From a virus (taxonomy: Duplodnaviria; Caudoviricetes), in IMG/VR virus record IMGVR_UViG_3300009184_000050, positions 1 through 59,329 of that record: a stretch of 59,329 bases of DNA; one strand, given 5' to 3'. Under the pieces are notes generated by a model. The model had not been told where the DNA came from. It made no database searches and saw only the letters and a list, made by a program, of their open reading frames with translations. A program made the translations under genes and the position numbers. Below are positions 9,342-18,195 of this stretch, piece by piece (the first letter of the stretch is position 1; every line of letters begins with the position of its first letter).

Positions 9342-9500
9342 ATGTTTATATTATTTGAGAAATTCATGAACTTGCTAAATCGGTTCACTACACATAAAAC
9401 AGACCTAGAAAGATTTATTGCTGCCCACAATCCACAACACGGTGGAGATGTAGATAATCTTATTCGCCAATATACATATGGTAAAAGAGGATTTGTATAA
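9342..9500 (+). CDS. Small protein (52 aa)
   Basis: AAAGGAG SD; MFILFEKF...DLERFIAAHNPQHGGDVDNLIRQY. Confidence 0.75.
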   Translation: MFILFEKFMNLLNRFTTHKTDLERFIAAHNPQHGGDVDNLIRQYTYGKRGFV

Positions 9501-9595
9501 TGAAATATATCCGTAAATTTTATGAATGGCTAGCTGTTTGGAGCGAAGTTGTCTATGAATATCGTAAGCGCAATAATATTCATCATTACTATTAA
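9500..9595 (+). CDS. Small protein (31 aa)
   Basis: TAATG coupling; MKYIRKFYEWLAVWSEVVYEYRKRNNIHHYY. Confidence 0.6.
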   Translation: MKYIRKFYEWLAVWSEVVYEYRKRNNIHHYY

Positions 9596-9596
9596 A

Positions 9597-9674
9597 ATGG
9601 ACATGTTAAACTTCATCATGGCATTGTGTTATTTTTTAAAGTTTGACCCTAAAAACTTTGAGGTCCATCCGTAA
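9597..9674 (+). CDS. Small protein (25 aa)
   Basis: 1-nt gap from previous ORF; MDMLNFIMALCYFLKFDPKNFEVHP. Confidence 0.45.
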   Translation: MDMLNFIMALCYFLKFDPKNFEVHP

Positions 9675-9733
9675 TGTGGCCCGTTACAGATGAAGAATGG
9701 GAAGAATTAAATTTCCCTGAGAAATTTAAATAA
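9674..9733 (+). CDS. Small protein (19 aa)
   Basis: TAATG coupling; MWPVTDEEWEELNFPEKFK. Confidence 0.45.
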   Translation: MWPVTDEEWEELNFPEKFK

Positions 9734-9748
9734 GATAAATATTATAAT

Positions 9749-9994
9749 ATGATTAATCCACTACTTCCATGGTTCAAGCCCACAATGAATGCAGCATTTT
9801 TTATTGATGCATTTCAAGGTGTCAAGCGTGATTTAACTGACAAGATAATTACAGATCCCACACTAAATCGTGCTGCTCATAATTATATCAATAGTCAAAC
9901 AGAATTTGCCAAGATGCTGACTGATAATGCAGTTGATCTTGCCCACTATTCTATGGATTGTATTTCAGAGAGGTACTTTCCAAAGAAAGACTAA
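9749..9994 (+). CDS. Phasin-like amphipathic helical protein
   Basis: FFIDAFQGVKRDLTDKII...YINSQTEFAKML, all-helical amphipathic pattern. Confidence 0.5.
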   Translation: MINPLLPWFKPTMNAAFFIDAFQGVKRDLTDKIITDPTLNRAAHNYINSQTEFAKMLTDNAVDLAHYSMDCISERYFPKKD

Positions 9995-10037
9995 TCCACT
10001 TTACGGATTGACATTACACACACATAGGAGAAATAAA

Positions 10038-10304
10038 ATGTCAGACTACACACCAAAACTTCCCGAAGTTAAATTCAACAAGAACGGATATGAAATCCGC
10101 ACAGAAATCCTCGATATGGCTAAAAGCCTTATGATGGAAGAATACCACGCTAAATTCCATGGTTGGGAAATCTCGGCACAGCGTGATGAAAAATCAGGAC
10201 AGGTTGTTACTACAATTGGTATGCCACAGTTTCCTGGACTTGAGCAAGTACTATCTACAGCAGAAAAAATGTACAGCTTTGTTAACGCAGGTATCAAGAA
10301 GTAA
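10038..10304 (+). CDS. Hypothetical T4-like phage protein
   Basis: AGGAG SD; KNGYEIRTEILDMAK...AEKMYSFV. Confidence 0.8.
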   Translation: MSDYTPKLPEVKFNKNGYEIRTEILDMAKSLMMEEYHAKFHGWEISAQRDEKSGQVVTTIGMPQFPGLEQVLSTAEKMYSFVNAGIKK

Positions 10305-10321
10305 GAGTTCACTGCCCAACG

Positions 10322-10344
10322 CCCCCGAAAGGGGGTATTTTTTT
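10322..10344 (+). terminator. Intrinsic terminator
   Basis: CCCCC-GAAA-GGGGG followed by T-tract. Confidence 0.8.
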
Positions 10345-10406
10345 GGCTTGACAATAATTGAATTTGGGCGTAAAATAGATTCATACACTGAGAAAACGGA
10401 GTTGTC

Positions 10407-10736
10407 ATGAAGATGCTAGAAAAGGAAACCGAGTTCAAAAGCGCGGGTTACTATGCATGGTGTGCTTCTAGGGACGCAAGTATGCGTAGCGCAGTCAACG
10501 CTAGCCGGTTCAATAGTGCTCAAAAACTCAGGGCTGACCGAGTAAAATTAGCCCTAGAGTTGGTCTATACGGCTAAGGAAGTGTCAATTACTAACTGCCA
10601 AAAATGGATCCGAGTTAAGGTGCATGGTGGGACGGTCCGTGACAAAAAAGCCCTCCAACTGTTGGAAAGTGATTGGGCTATGCAAGGAATCCAAAAAAAC
10701 ATCACCCCTCAGGGCGTGATTTATCGTGTTGCTTAA
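10407..10736 (+). CDS. Early hypothetical protein
   Basis: Follows cassette 1. Confidence 0.8.
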   Translation: MKMLEKETEFKSAGYYAWCASRDASMRSAVNASRFNSAQKLRADRVKLALELVYTAKEVSITNCQKWIRVKVHGGTVRDKKALQLLESDWAMQGIQKNITPQGVIYRVA

Positions 10737-10817
10737 AAACAACAGGCCCAAAATTTGACAATAATTAGTCTTGGCTATACAATAGAATCTTAAACAGTTA
10801 AACAACGGAGAGCAGAA

Positions 10818-11102
10818 ATGGTAACAATTCAGGACATCAATTCTACTATTATCGCCGGTTCTTTCACAAACGAACAACTGGATTCCATTGCAATGGCAAT
10901 CAAGTTTGCCCGCAATCAACTAGCCGCAAAGGCAAAGTTTACCTTGGTTAAGGGTACTAATGTCAAGTTTACATCTAGCCGTACCGGTCAAACTGTGCTT
11001 GGTACAGTTGAAAAGGTAAATCGAAAGTTCATAATTGTGCGTGAAAACGGTAAGGCATATGGTACTTGGCGTGTCCCCGCCAATATGCTGGAAGCCGCTT
11101 GA
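10818..11102 (+). CDS. Early protein with SH3/KOW-like C-terminus
   Basis: G..VKF......GTVEKVNRKFIIV...WRVPA; follows cassette 2. Confidence 0.75.
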   Translation: MVTIQDINSTIIAGSFTNEQLDSIAMAIKFARNQLAAKAKFTLVKGTNVKFTSSRTGQTVLGTVEKVNRKFIIVRENGKAYGTWRVPANMLEAA

Positions 11103-11178
11103 TTGTTCAGCCCAAAATTTGACAATAAATCGGTTTATCTGTATAATAGATTCATACACTGAGAAAACGGAGAAACAA

Positions 11179-11592
11179 ATGGCTTATATCAATCAAGACC
11201 GTAAAGCGAAAATGGCCCCCACAATCAAGGCAATCTTGACCAAGTATGGTGTCAAGGGCTCGCTAAGTATTCGTAATCACAGTACACTGGTTCTCACCCT
11301 GAAGTCAGGAAAAATTGATTTCATCGGCAACAGCAACCAAGTTTGTGGTAATGATTTTTACCAAGTTTCTCGTGGTTTTAAACCGAATACTTCGGGCTAC
11401 TGTGATGTTAACCCCTACTGGTACAAGGATCACTATGACGGTCTTGCACTGTCCTTTCTCAAGGAAGTAATCGTGGCAATGAATGATGGCAACCACGACA
11501 ATTCGGATATTCAATCCGACTATTTTGATGTGGGTTGGTACATTGATGTTAACGTAGGTAAGTGGGATAAGCCTTACATTGTTGAAGCCTAA
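11179..11592 (+). CDS. Early hypothetical protein
   Basis: ATG after cassette 3; DNSDIQSDYFDVGWY motif. Confidence 0.85.
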   Translation: MAYINQDRKAKMAPTIKAILTKYGVKGSLSIRNHSTLVLTLKSGKIDFIGNSNQVCGNDFYQVSRGFKPNTSGYCDVNPYWYKDHYDGLALSFLKEVIVAMNDGNHDNSDIQSDYFDVGWYIDVNVGKWDKPYIVEA

Positions 11593-11614
11593 TCAGGCAT
11601 ACAAGGAGATCACC

Positions 11615-11827
11615 GTGGGTTACAAAGTTTTGGCGGATAAGCACCAAATGGACATGATGCGTGAGAAATATAGCCCACGCAAGGGCCTTGAAGGTCCGTT
11701 CAACTTCTCGGGTCGGGTGTTGTATTATGACAACAAAGAGGGTCAGTATTACGATCCCAAGACCGACTTCTACGTGGAACAGGCAGAGATGGATCAGATC
11801 CACAATCAGTTGATTGCCAAACTTTGA
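11615..11827 (+). CDS. Early hypothetical protein
   Basis: AAGGAG SD plus GTG; GLEGPF..GRVLYYD.KEGQYYDP.TDFY. Confidence 0.8.
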   Translation: MGYKVLADKHQMDMMREKYSPRKGLEGPFNFSGRVLYYDNKEGQYYDPKTDFYVEQAEMDQIHNQLIAKL

Positions 11828-11883
11828 CAATAAATGGATTTGGGCGTATACTGTATTCATACGCTGAGAAAACAGGAGCAGAT

Positions 11884-12345
11884 ATGAAAATCGTCATCAA
11901 CACTCAAATCCGTGAAAACTACGGTTCGGCTCTTACCCCTTACTGGAAGTTCAAGGGCGGGGACGTTTATGTTGTCCCTAACCTCACCCCCGCGCAGGTC
12001 CTCAAGGTCAAGGAATCGGGTATCCCTACTCTCACGGCCCTGATTGAAACCCGTAACGCAAGTTTCGAGGAGTACGTGGTTGATTGGTACATCGCCGATG
12101 ACGGTGACAAGGCCTGTCAAGAGTGGGAGGTTCCATTTGAACTTCGTTACACTGGTGGCAAGTGGGTCGCTAGCCGTGTCATTGTCAATGACGGATATAT
12201 GCGCCGTGAGGTTGTTAGCAAAACCGAACAGTATGATATGTTTCCGGGTGGTGAGCGTGAGAACTACACTACAGTGTTTATGATGCGTAACGGTGACATT
12301 GTGCCTGGTAAAATGGTTGACGCTTACTTGACAAAGGCCGCTTAA
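11884..12345 (+). CDS. Early hypothetical protein
   Basis: MKIVINTQIRENYG...YWKFKGG; follows cassette 4. Confidence 0.85.
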   Translation: MKIVINTQIRENYGSALTPYWKFKGGDVYVVPNLTPAQVLKVKESGIPTLTALIETRNASFEEYVVDWYIADDGDKACQEWEVPFELRYTGGKWVASRVIVNDGYMRREVVSKTEQYDMFPGGERENYTTVFMMRNGDIVPGKMVDAYLTKAA

Positions 12346-12362
12346 GTCTACGGAAGTTAAAA

Positions 12363-12554
12363 ATGAACGAACTGATTAAACAATTAGCGCACGAAGCTGG
12401 ACTAACCCTTTCTGTAGACCAACAAATTGCATTTCAACGTGCGGCCGAACTCATTGTAAAAGAATGTATGTTGCAGGTAAAGGAAGTGGTAATTCCTATT
12501 ACGGCAGATGCTATTGAAGATAAAATTAAAGAACATTTTGGAGTTAGCAAATGA
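12363..12554 (+). CDS. Small hypothetical protein (paralog of 28039)
   Basis: MNELIKQLA...AELIVKEC. Confidence 0.7.
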   Translation: MNELIKQLAHEAGLTLSVDQQIAFQRAAELIVKECMLQVKEVVIPITADAIEDKIKEHFGVSK

Positions 12555-12715
12555 GAAATACTTTTTATGTCCATTGCGCCGAATGTCAGGATCGACATTA
12601 TGTAGATAAGGTTGAATTCCTCGATGTTGAGGAAGATTATATGGGCCGAGACATTATGCATTTTGTCTGCCCTAAAACATTGAATGAATCTAAATCTTTA
12701 GTGTATAAAGAATGA
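12551..12715 (+). CDS. Small Cys-containing protein (54 aa)
   Basis: ATGA overlap; HCAECQDRH...FVCP. Confidence 0.65.
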   Translation: MRNTFYVHCAECQDRHYVDKVEFLDVEEDYMGRDIMHFVCPKTLNESKSLVYKE

Positions 12716-12739
12716 CTAAATTAAATTTGGAGTTGAACA

Positions 12740-12856
12740 ATGAGGTTTAGCCTTACTGAACTTTTCTCTTGGATGCCGATTCTGATCGCCGGCTTCTTGG
12801 TATTTTTTGTAGTCTGTGCAGGTGTTGCGAAAATCATACAACTATTCACAGGTTGA
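12740..12856 (+). CDS. Small membrane protein (38 aa)
   Basis: GGAG SD; WMPILIAGFLVFFVVCAGVAKII. Confidence 0.55.
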   Translation: MRFSLTELFSWMPILIAGFLVFFVVCAGVAKIIQLFTG

Positions 12857-12912
12857 CAATAATTGGCTTCCCCTGTATAATGTATTCATACACTGAGAAA
12901 ACGGAGAAACAA

Positions 12913-13599
12913 ATGGCTCGCTATCAACGCCCAGTTCTGAATCTTGACGCTGACACTGTTTGGTCGGCTGCTTGTGCGGCTCAACGCATCAACGGTGAGT
13001 ATGTTAAAATAGTGACCTCATACGCTACCAATGATGAGATTCTGCCCAATTCGTTGGAGCAGGCTGCATCGGCCGAAACTAAGCGTACCAACCGTCAAAT
13101 CATTGACCTGCTCCTCGCTGATACTAGCATGATCACCGACGCCGACCGCGTTCAGGCTGAGGCTGTTCGCAAGTATTACAAAGGGTTCACTTTCAAAATC
13201 CTTCAAGGCAAGATGTTGTCAGAGTTTGACAACAACGCAATGGTTATCGCTAACCGCGATGTTATCGAAGCCACTTATGATGTTGCGGTGATCGCAAGTC
13301 TTCCTGCTTCGTATGAGCGGGCAGTTAAGCGTGACACACTTAACCGTAAGATTGAAAGCGTATCTGGTGGATTTGTCGGTAGCGTTGGTGATAAGGTCAA
13401 ACTCACGGTTGAGGTTGTTCGTAGTGTGTTTAGCCAACAGTGGAATGTGTTCTTTATCACTGGTATTACTAGTGACGATCAGGCAGTGTTCTTCAGCTAC
13501 CGCGAAGCGATCCCAGCTGGTAAGGTGATTGTCGCTCAGGGTACTGTCAAGGCTCACCGTGATAATACTACTCAACTCAACCGTGTGAAGGTGTCATAA
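12913..13599 (+). CDS. Early protein with C-terminal OB-fold-like domain
   Basis: FVGSVGDKVKLTVEV...GTVKAH...TQLNRVK; follows cassette 5. Confidence 0.8.
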   Translation: MARYQRPVLNLDADTVWSAACAAQRINGEYVKIVTSYATNDEILPNSLEQAASAETKRTNRQIIDLLLADTSMITDADRVQAEAVRKYYKGFTFKILQGKMLSEFDNNAMVIANRDVIEATYDVAVIASLPASYERAVKRDTLNRKIESVSGGFVGSVGDKVKLTVEVVRSVFSQQWNVFFITGITSDDQAVFFSYREAIPAGKVIVAQGTVKAHRDNTTQLNRVKVS

Positions 13600-13727
13600 T
13601 GACTAACTTTATTGCAGGAACTATTTTTGGTATTGTGATTGCTACTGTTGGATTTAGCGGTATCAGCAAAATTCTCGACGGTGGAGTAAATAAGGTAAAA
13701 GAGGTTGTGCAAGAAAAGGCGCAATGA
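13599..13727 (+). CDS. Small membrane protein (42 aa)
   Basis: TAATG coupling; FIAGTIFGIVIATVGFSGI. Confidence 0.7.
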   Translation: MTNFIAGTIFGIVIATVGFSGISKILDGGVNKVKEVVQEKAQ

Positions 13728-13756
13728 ATTTTAAACACAGACAACTAGAGAATAAA

Positions 13757-14152
13757 ATGGGTCTTGATATGTATGCTTATGTTGGTAATGAGGGCCAATA
13801 CCGAGATCATTACTATAATTCTGAGGTCGAAGTTCCTAAGCCGCGTGAAATTGCATATTGGCGAAAGCACCCTTCGCTCCATGGTTGGATGGAACAACTT
13901 TGGATTAGTAAAGGTATGCTAGGTAAAGGTCTTACAAATGCCAGTTTCAACGGTATTGAACTTGAACTGACTTGGGAAGATGTTGACAACCTTGAACGAG
14001 CGGTTAGGTACAGTATGCTTCCTTCTACTCAGGGATTTTTCTTTGGAAACCCTGCAGACGAGGTATATTTTGAACAGGATTTGGAATTCTGTGTCAATGC
14101 CAAAGCAGAACTGTTCCTCGGATTGAAAGTTTTTTATAATTCAAGTTGGTAA
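13757..14152 (+). CDS. Hypothetical phage protein
   Basis: MGLDMY...YWRKHPSLHGW...GFFFG...FYNSSW. Confidence 0.85.
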   Translation: MGLDMYAYVGNEGQYRDHYYNSEVEVPKPREIAYWRKHPSLHGWMEQLWISKGMLGKGLTNASFNGIELELTWEDVDNLERAVRYSMLPSTQGFFFGNPADEVYFEQDLEFCVNAKAELFLGLKVFYNSSW

Positions 14153-14154
14153 TC

Positions 14155-14499
14155 ATGGCAGGATACAATGCAATACTAGAACTTCGTAGACTAGAATCGG
14201 AATTGGATAAGATCGGTCTTATGCTTTCCCCACCTAAACATGGTTGGGGCAGTGATATAGGTGATCGGGCAGGTGTTAAGCCCAAAGATGCTGATAGTGT
14301 TCCAATTTACAGCCGTGATGCTGAAGTTATGTGTGGTACTCTAACTGAAATTCGTATTTGGTTAACTGGAGTACAATGGGCACGAAAGTATGATCAAATG
14401 TTGTTTGGTCAGAAACATGATAAGAATCGTGAGCGTAAAGAACAAGATGAACGCAATCGCCAATTGGTGAGCATTATCACTAAAGGAGAAAAAGAATGA
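14155..14499 (+). CDS. Hypothetical protein
   Basis: Operon-packed ORF. Confidence 0.75.
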   Translation: MAGYNAILELRRLESELDKIGLMLSPPKHGWGSDIGDRAGVKPKDADSVPIYSRDAEVMCGTLTEIRIWLTGVQWARKYDQMLFGQKHDKNRERKEQDERNRQLVSIITKGEKE

Positions 14500-15824
14500 G
14501 TGCAAGTTGGATTAACAAACTGAATGAGAGTGATAGCCGACTGTACAAGGAAGATGTCATTCAGCAAGCCCTCGAGGCAAGTGTCCTTGGTAGTACTAAT
14601 GCTGTTAATTTTTTGACATTGACTAAGGTCTGCTACAATCCTTATGTAACATTTGGTGTTCGTCAAATCCCAAGTACAGAAGGTATTACTGGTGCTGAAA
14701 ATCCTTGGGAAGAGTTTAATGACCTTCTACATAATCTTGGTCAACGAGGTCTAACTGGTAATGCTGCTAGGGACGCTATTGAAGATATGAGCCTTAGGTT
14801 TGATAGCGAAGAATGGAATACATTCTGTGCTCCTGTACTTAGGCGAGACCTTCGTGCAGGTGTATCAGAAAAAACGATTAACAAAATCTGTAAGAAAACA
14901 GATTACGAAATCCCTGTTTTTGCTTGCCAATTGGCTGCTAATAGCGAAGGTCGCCCTGAAATGAAGGGTGTCAAACGCCTTGAGCCTAAGTTGGATGGTG
15001 TCAGGGTACTAATGATGGTTATGGTATCTGATACGGGAAATGCAGTATTTTCGTATAGTCGTAATGGTAAACTGTTTGAAAACTTCACCCATATTGAAAA
15101 TCAGATTGGTGAGTACTTACCAAAATTGATTAGGCATAACCGTTCATTGATGAAGGGTTTTGTACTTGACGGTGAGGTTATTGGAAATTCTTTCCAAGAA
15201 TTGATGCGTCAGGCTCGCCGTAAAGAAAATGTACAAGCTACTGATTCAGTATTCAACATTTTTGATATCATTCCGATTGACGATTTTCGTCGAGGATATT
15301 GGAACGCTCAACTTGAAAAGCGTATTGAGATGCTAGAATACATGCGTCCTGTAATTGATGTATTGCCCAACGTAGAGTTGCTTCCGCACATTATGGTAGA
15401 CCTTGATACTGCTGAAGGTAAAGACCAACTTATGCGTTATGCTAAGGATCAAGTTAATGCAGGGTTCGAGGGTATTATGATTAAGGATGTTGGTGCTCCT
15501 TACGAATGCAAGCGTAATACATTTTGGATGAAGTGGAAGCCAACTATTACAGTTGATTTAGAGGTGATCGGTGTTGAAGAGGGTACTGGAAGAAATGCAG
15601 GACGCCTTGGAGCACTGGTTTGCTCAGGCGTGGATGATGGGAAATTTATCACAGTCAATGTGGGTAGTGGTTTTAGCGACGGTGATAGAGATGATTATTG
15701 GACTAATCGCAATTTTATCATTGGTCGAACTTGTGAAATCTTGTGTGATGTAATTACACAAAACCAAGATGGTACATATAGTTTGCGTTTCCCACGCTTT
15801 ATTCGTTTTAGGGATGACAAATGA
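14496..15824 (+). CDS. lig: ATP-dependent DNA ligase
   Basis: EPKLDGVR (motif I), LDGEV, FDII, EGIMIK, WMKWK, SLRFPRF. Confidence 0.95.
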   Translation: MSASWINKLNESDSRLYKEDVIQQALEASVLGSTNAVNFLTLTKVCYNPYVTFGVRQIPSTEGITGAENPWEEFNDLLHNLGQRGLTGNAARDAIEDMSLRFDSEEWNTFCAPVLRRDLRAGVSEKTINKICKKTDYEIPVFACQLAANSEGRPEMKGVKRLEPKLDGVRVLMMVMVSDTGNAVFSYSRNGKLFENFTHIENQIGEYLPKLIRHNRSLMKGFVLDGEVIGNSFQELMRQARRKENVQATDSVFNIFDIIPIDDFRRGYWNAQLEKRIEMLEYMRPVIDVLPNVELLPHIMVDLDTAEGKDQLMRYAKDQVNAGFEGIMIKDVGAPYECKRNTFWMKWKPTITVDLEVIGVEEGTGRNAGRLGALVCSGVDDGKFITVNVGSGFSDGDRDDYWTNRNFIIGRTCEILCDVITQNQDGTYSLRFPRFIRFRDDK

Positions 15825-16060
15825 GTTACATTGTTGATTTTGACGACCATACTAGACCAGAATTATGGAAAGCGTGGTTGAACACAGTTCGTGATTATGA
15901 ACAAAATGTCCTAAAGGGAAAAAGATATCCAAGAAATGAAGTTAAAATAACTAAACAGAAAAAAGAAGCATATAATTTTATATGCCATAAGGTAGGTGTT
16001 AGAACTCTTGAGTTTGAATCAGAAAAAGATTTTGTATTCTTTATGTTAAAATGGGGATGA
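15821..16060 (+). CDS. Hypothetical protein
   Basis: ATGA overlap; FESEKDFVFFMLKWG ending. Confidence 0.7.
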   Translation: MSYIVDFDDHTRPELWKAWLNTVRDYEQNVLKGKRYPRNEVKITKQKKEAYNFICHKVGVRTLEFESEKDFVFFMLKWG

Positions 16061-16063
16061 TAA

Positions 16064-16282
16064 ATGAGTAAAGAAGCCATGCGTGAGGCTCTAGAGGCAT
16101 TAGAGTGGATGCGTGTGGCTTTCAAGCAGAACAGTCAAGGGCGCCAAGTTGCTGATTCGGCAATAGAAGCATTAAAAGAAGCACTTGGTCCTGAGATTAT
16201 GGAATTCGAAATACTTGACAAGTATGATGAAGTGATTTACAATACGGGAAACAATAAAGGAAATTTTACAAATGAAAATTAA
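16064..16282 (+). CDS. Hypothetical protein
   Basis: Operon-packed; contains an internal TTGACA-17-TACAAT promoter (16215-16243). Confidence 0.65.
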   Translation: MSKEAMREALEALEWMRVAFKQNSQGRQVADSAIEALKEALGPEIMEFEILDKYDEVIYNTGNNKGNFTNEN

Positions 16283-16667
16283 AGAACTTAATGAATCAAT
16301 TGACATTAATCAATTGGCCACCATTAGTGATAAAGCACTACATGATAGGTATGGTTATCCACTTAGTACTCCAAGTAAAAGCTTTGGATGGCTCGCTAAC
16401 TTAGAATCAGCAAAGGCAGCCCTTAATATTATTAAACGAGGTGCTACTAATATTGAAATTATCGCTGACGCAATTCATGATGGATGGAATATTACTGCCA
16501 TGGCAGATTATAATGGTGAATTGGATTTAGATACTCCTACACCTGATGAAAAGAAATTGAAACGATATAAGTTGGCACAACAAACTTATGCACAACTTCC
16601 TGAAGAGGAAAAAGAGAAAGACCGAGTAGTTGCTCGGGCATTGTTAAAAGCATTAAAGGAGATTTGA
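16272..16667 (+). CDS. RyR-domain-like protein
   Basis: AIHDGW...YAQLPEEEKEKDRVVA. Confidence 0.65.
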   Translation: MKIKELNESIDINQLATISDKALHDRYGYPLSTPSKSFGWLANLESAKAALNIIKRGATNIEIIADAIHDGWNITAMADYNGELDLDTPTPDEKKLKRYKLAQQTYAQLPEEEKEKDRVVARALLKALKEI

Positions 16668-16668
16668 A

Positions 16669-17961
16669 ATGGTAACACTAGTTAAACACGAATGGCATCA
16701 AGTTGATTCACAATTCGCATTTGATTTGGACTGTGATAAACTAAGCGAAATTTATCCTGAGTTGGAGGAGGAAGAAATTGATGCGATGATGGAACAAATT
16801 AAAGCCGGCGAAGTTGATGTTAATGACATCATCAATGAAGCATGGGACAATGACGTAGAGATTGAATGGGAACGCCAATATGATGATTGGTGGACTGACC
16901 GCAAAGGTGGTTATGAGGTTACCTATGAACTAGGTAATGAAAAAAGTTGGCATACTCCTCCCGAAGAAGCGCCTGATACAACCAAATGTACCAAGTGTCG
17001 TTGGACTGGTAAAAATTATGAAACAGGTACTCAACACTGTCGTGCTGATGGTACGGTAATTGAAAATTATTTAAATAGTGAAGAAAAGTCAGACCATAGT
17101 GTTGATATTTGTCCAATGTGCGACAGTCTAGTTGAGTTGACCGAAGCGGGTGTAGTAGAAGCAGAAAAACGTAAAGCACAAAAAGAAAAATGGGCTAAGG
17201 CTAGGGAAGAGAATCAAGAGGTTGATATTGACGAAGGGCTAAGTGCAGTTAACGAACAGGAAGAAACTGCCGAAGAGGAAGAAGAATTAGTAGCGCCAGC
17301 TTGGCCGTTCCCTGAAGTTGAAGTACTTCCTAACTATCCTGCAGGTGAATATACAATTCGTATTTGGGGCCGTACTCGTGAAATTGGTGTAGGTACTATC
17401 TCCAAAGAACAATATGAACACTGGAGTGATTCAGAGCATGAAGATGACCTTAGTGATGCACTAAATGAAAGTTATGACTATGATGAAAACGAAACTCCTG
17501 AAAATGCTAGGTTTAATCACGCTTACCATGAATACCAAGATGTAAAATCTTTTTGGGGATTTGATGAAGATGATACTCATATGACTATCACCAATGATAA
17601 CGGTGAAGAAATTTATGAGGGTACTCTAGAAGATTTTATTTATGAAGCACACGGTGATCGTGCTTCACGTTGGGAAGCTACCGAAGAAGAGGAAGAATTA
17701 TACCCTGAACATATGGGAACAGGTTACTTAGTAATGTGGACTCAAGGTGGTAAGGGCAGTTGTATTCAAACTACGATTGATACCGAAGGTCAAGAATTTG
17801 ATCCACGTAAGCTAAGTTATAAAACTTGGGATGTTCAAGGAAGCTCGGTAGTACATCGTATGTCGTATGACGGTTATGAACTTGATGATGAGGGTATGGA
17901 CTCAGGCAAAGATAACTGGCGTGGTCAATGGAGTGAATTCTCAATTCATCACAATGAATAA
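16669..17961 (+). CDS. Acidic protein with Zn-ribbon
   Basis: CTKC...CPMC; very D/E-rich; AAGGAG SD. Confidence 0.8.
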   Translation: MVTLVKHEWHQVDSQFAFDLDCDKLSEIYPELEEEEIDAMMEQIKAGEVDVNDIINEAWDNDVEIEWERQYDDWWTDRKGGYEVTYELGNEKSWHTPPEEAPDTTKCTKCRWTGKNYETGTQHCRADGTVIENYLNSEEKSDHSVDICPMCDSLVELTEAGVVEAEKRKAQKEKWAKAREENQEVDIDEGLSAVNEQEETAEEEEELVAPAWPFPEVEVLPNYPAGEYTIRIWGRTREIGVGTISKEQYEHWSDSEHEDDLSDALNESYDYDENETPENARFNHAYHEYQDVKSFWGFDEDDTHMTITNDNGEEIYEGTLEDFIYEAHGDRASRWEATEEEEELYPEHMGTGYLVMWTQGGKGSCIQTTIDTEGQEFDPRKLSYKTWDVQGSSVVHRMSYDGYELDDEGMDSGKDNWRGQWSEFSIHHNE

Positions 17962-18187
17962 CTTGGACAACCTGGTAGGTAAGTCATACATATTTGAAGA
18001 TGGCAATAGCATTACCATAGCGCAAATTAAAAAGCGAGATGGTAATCGCTATTGGGTTACTTATCAAGTACAACAGGGACCAGGAATACCACAACGATTG
18101 GTTATGACAATAGATGAATTCATTGACACATATGGATATCTGTTTGATTTAGATAGTAGTGATATTCCTCCTCCACCGGACGACTAA
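17954..18187 (+). CDS. Hypothetical protein
   Basis: ATG overlaps the previous gene's end. Confidence 0.7.
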   Translation: MNNLDNLVGKSYIFEDGNSITIAQIKKRDGNRYWVTYQVQQGPGIPQRLVMTIDEFIDTYGYLFDLDSSDIPPPPDD

Positions 18188-18195
18188 ATATATCT

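Larger units (their letters stand above)
10348..12912 (+). repeat. Five dispersed early promoter-leader cassettes (10348, 10755, 11119, 11824, 12853)
   Basis: All begin TTGACAATAA with a 17-nt spacer to a TAnAnT -10; four continue ATTCATAC(A/G)CTGAGAAAAC(A)GGAG. Confidence 0.9.

Noticed and set aside
10348-12912. CRISPR array or integron attC sites
   Set aside because: Spacing is irregular (hundreds of bp of whole genes), the repeats are promoters plus SD, and no cas or integrase gene is present.
795-12912. Track starts at 795, 11035, 11824 and 12769
   Set aside because: They run through promoters or upstream genes; SD-supported starts lie downstream.
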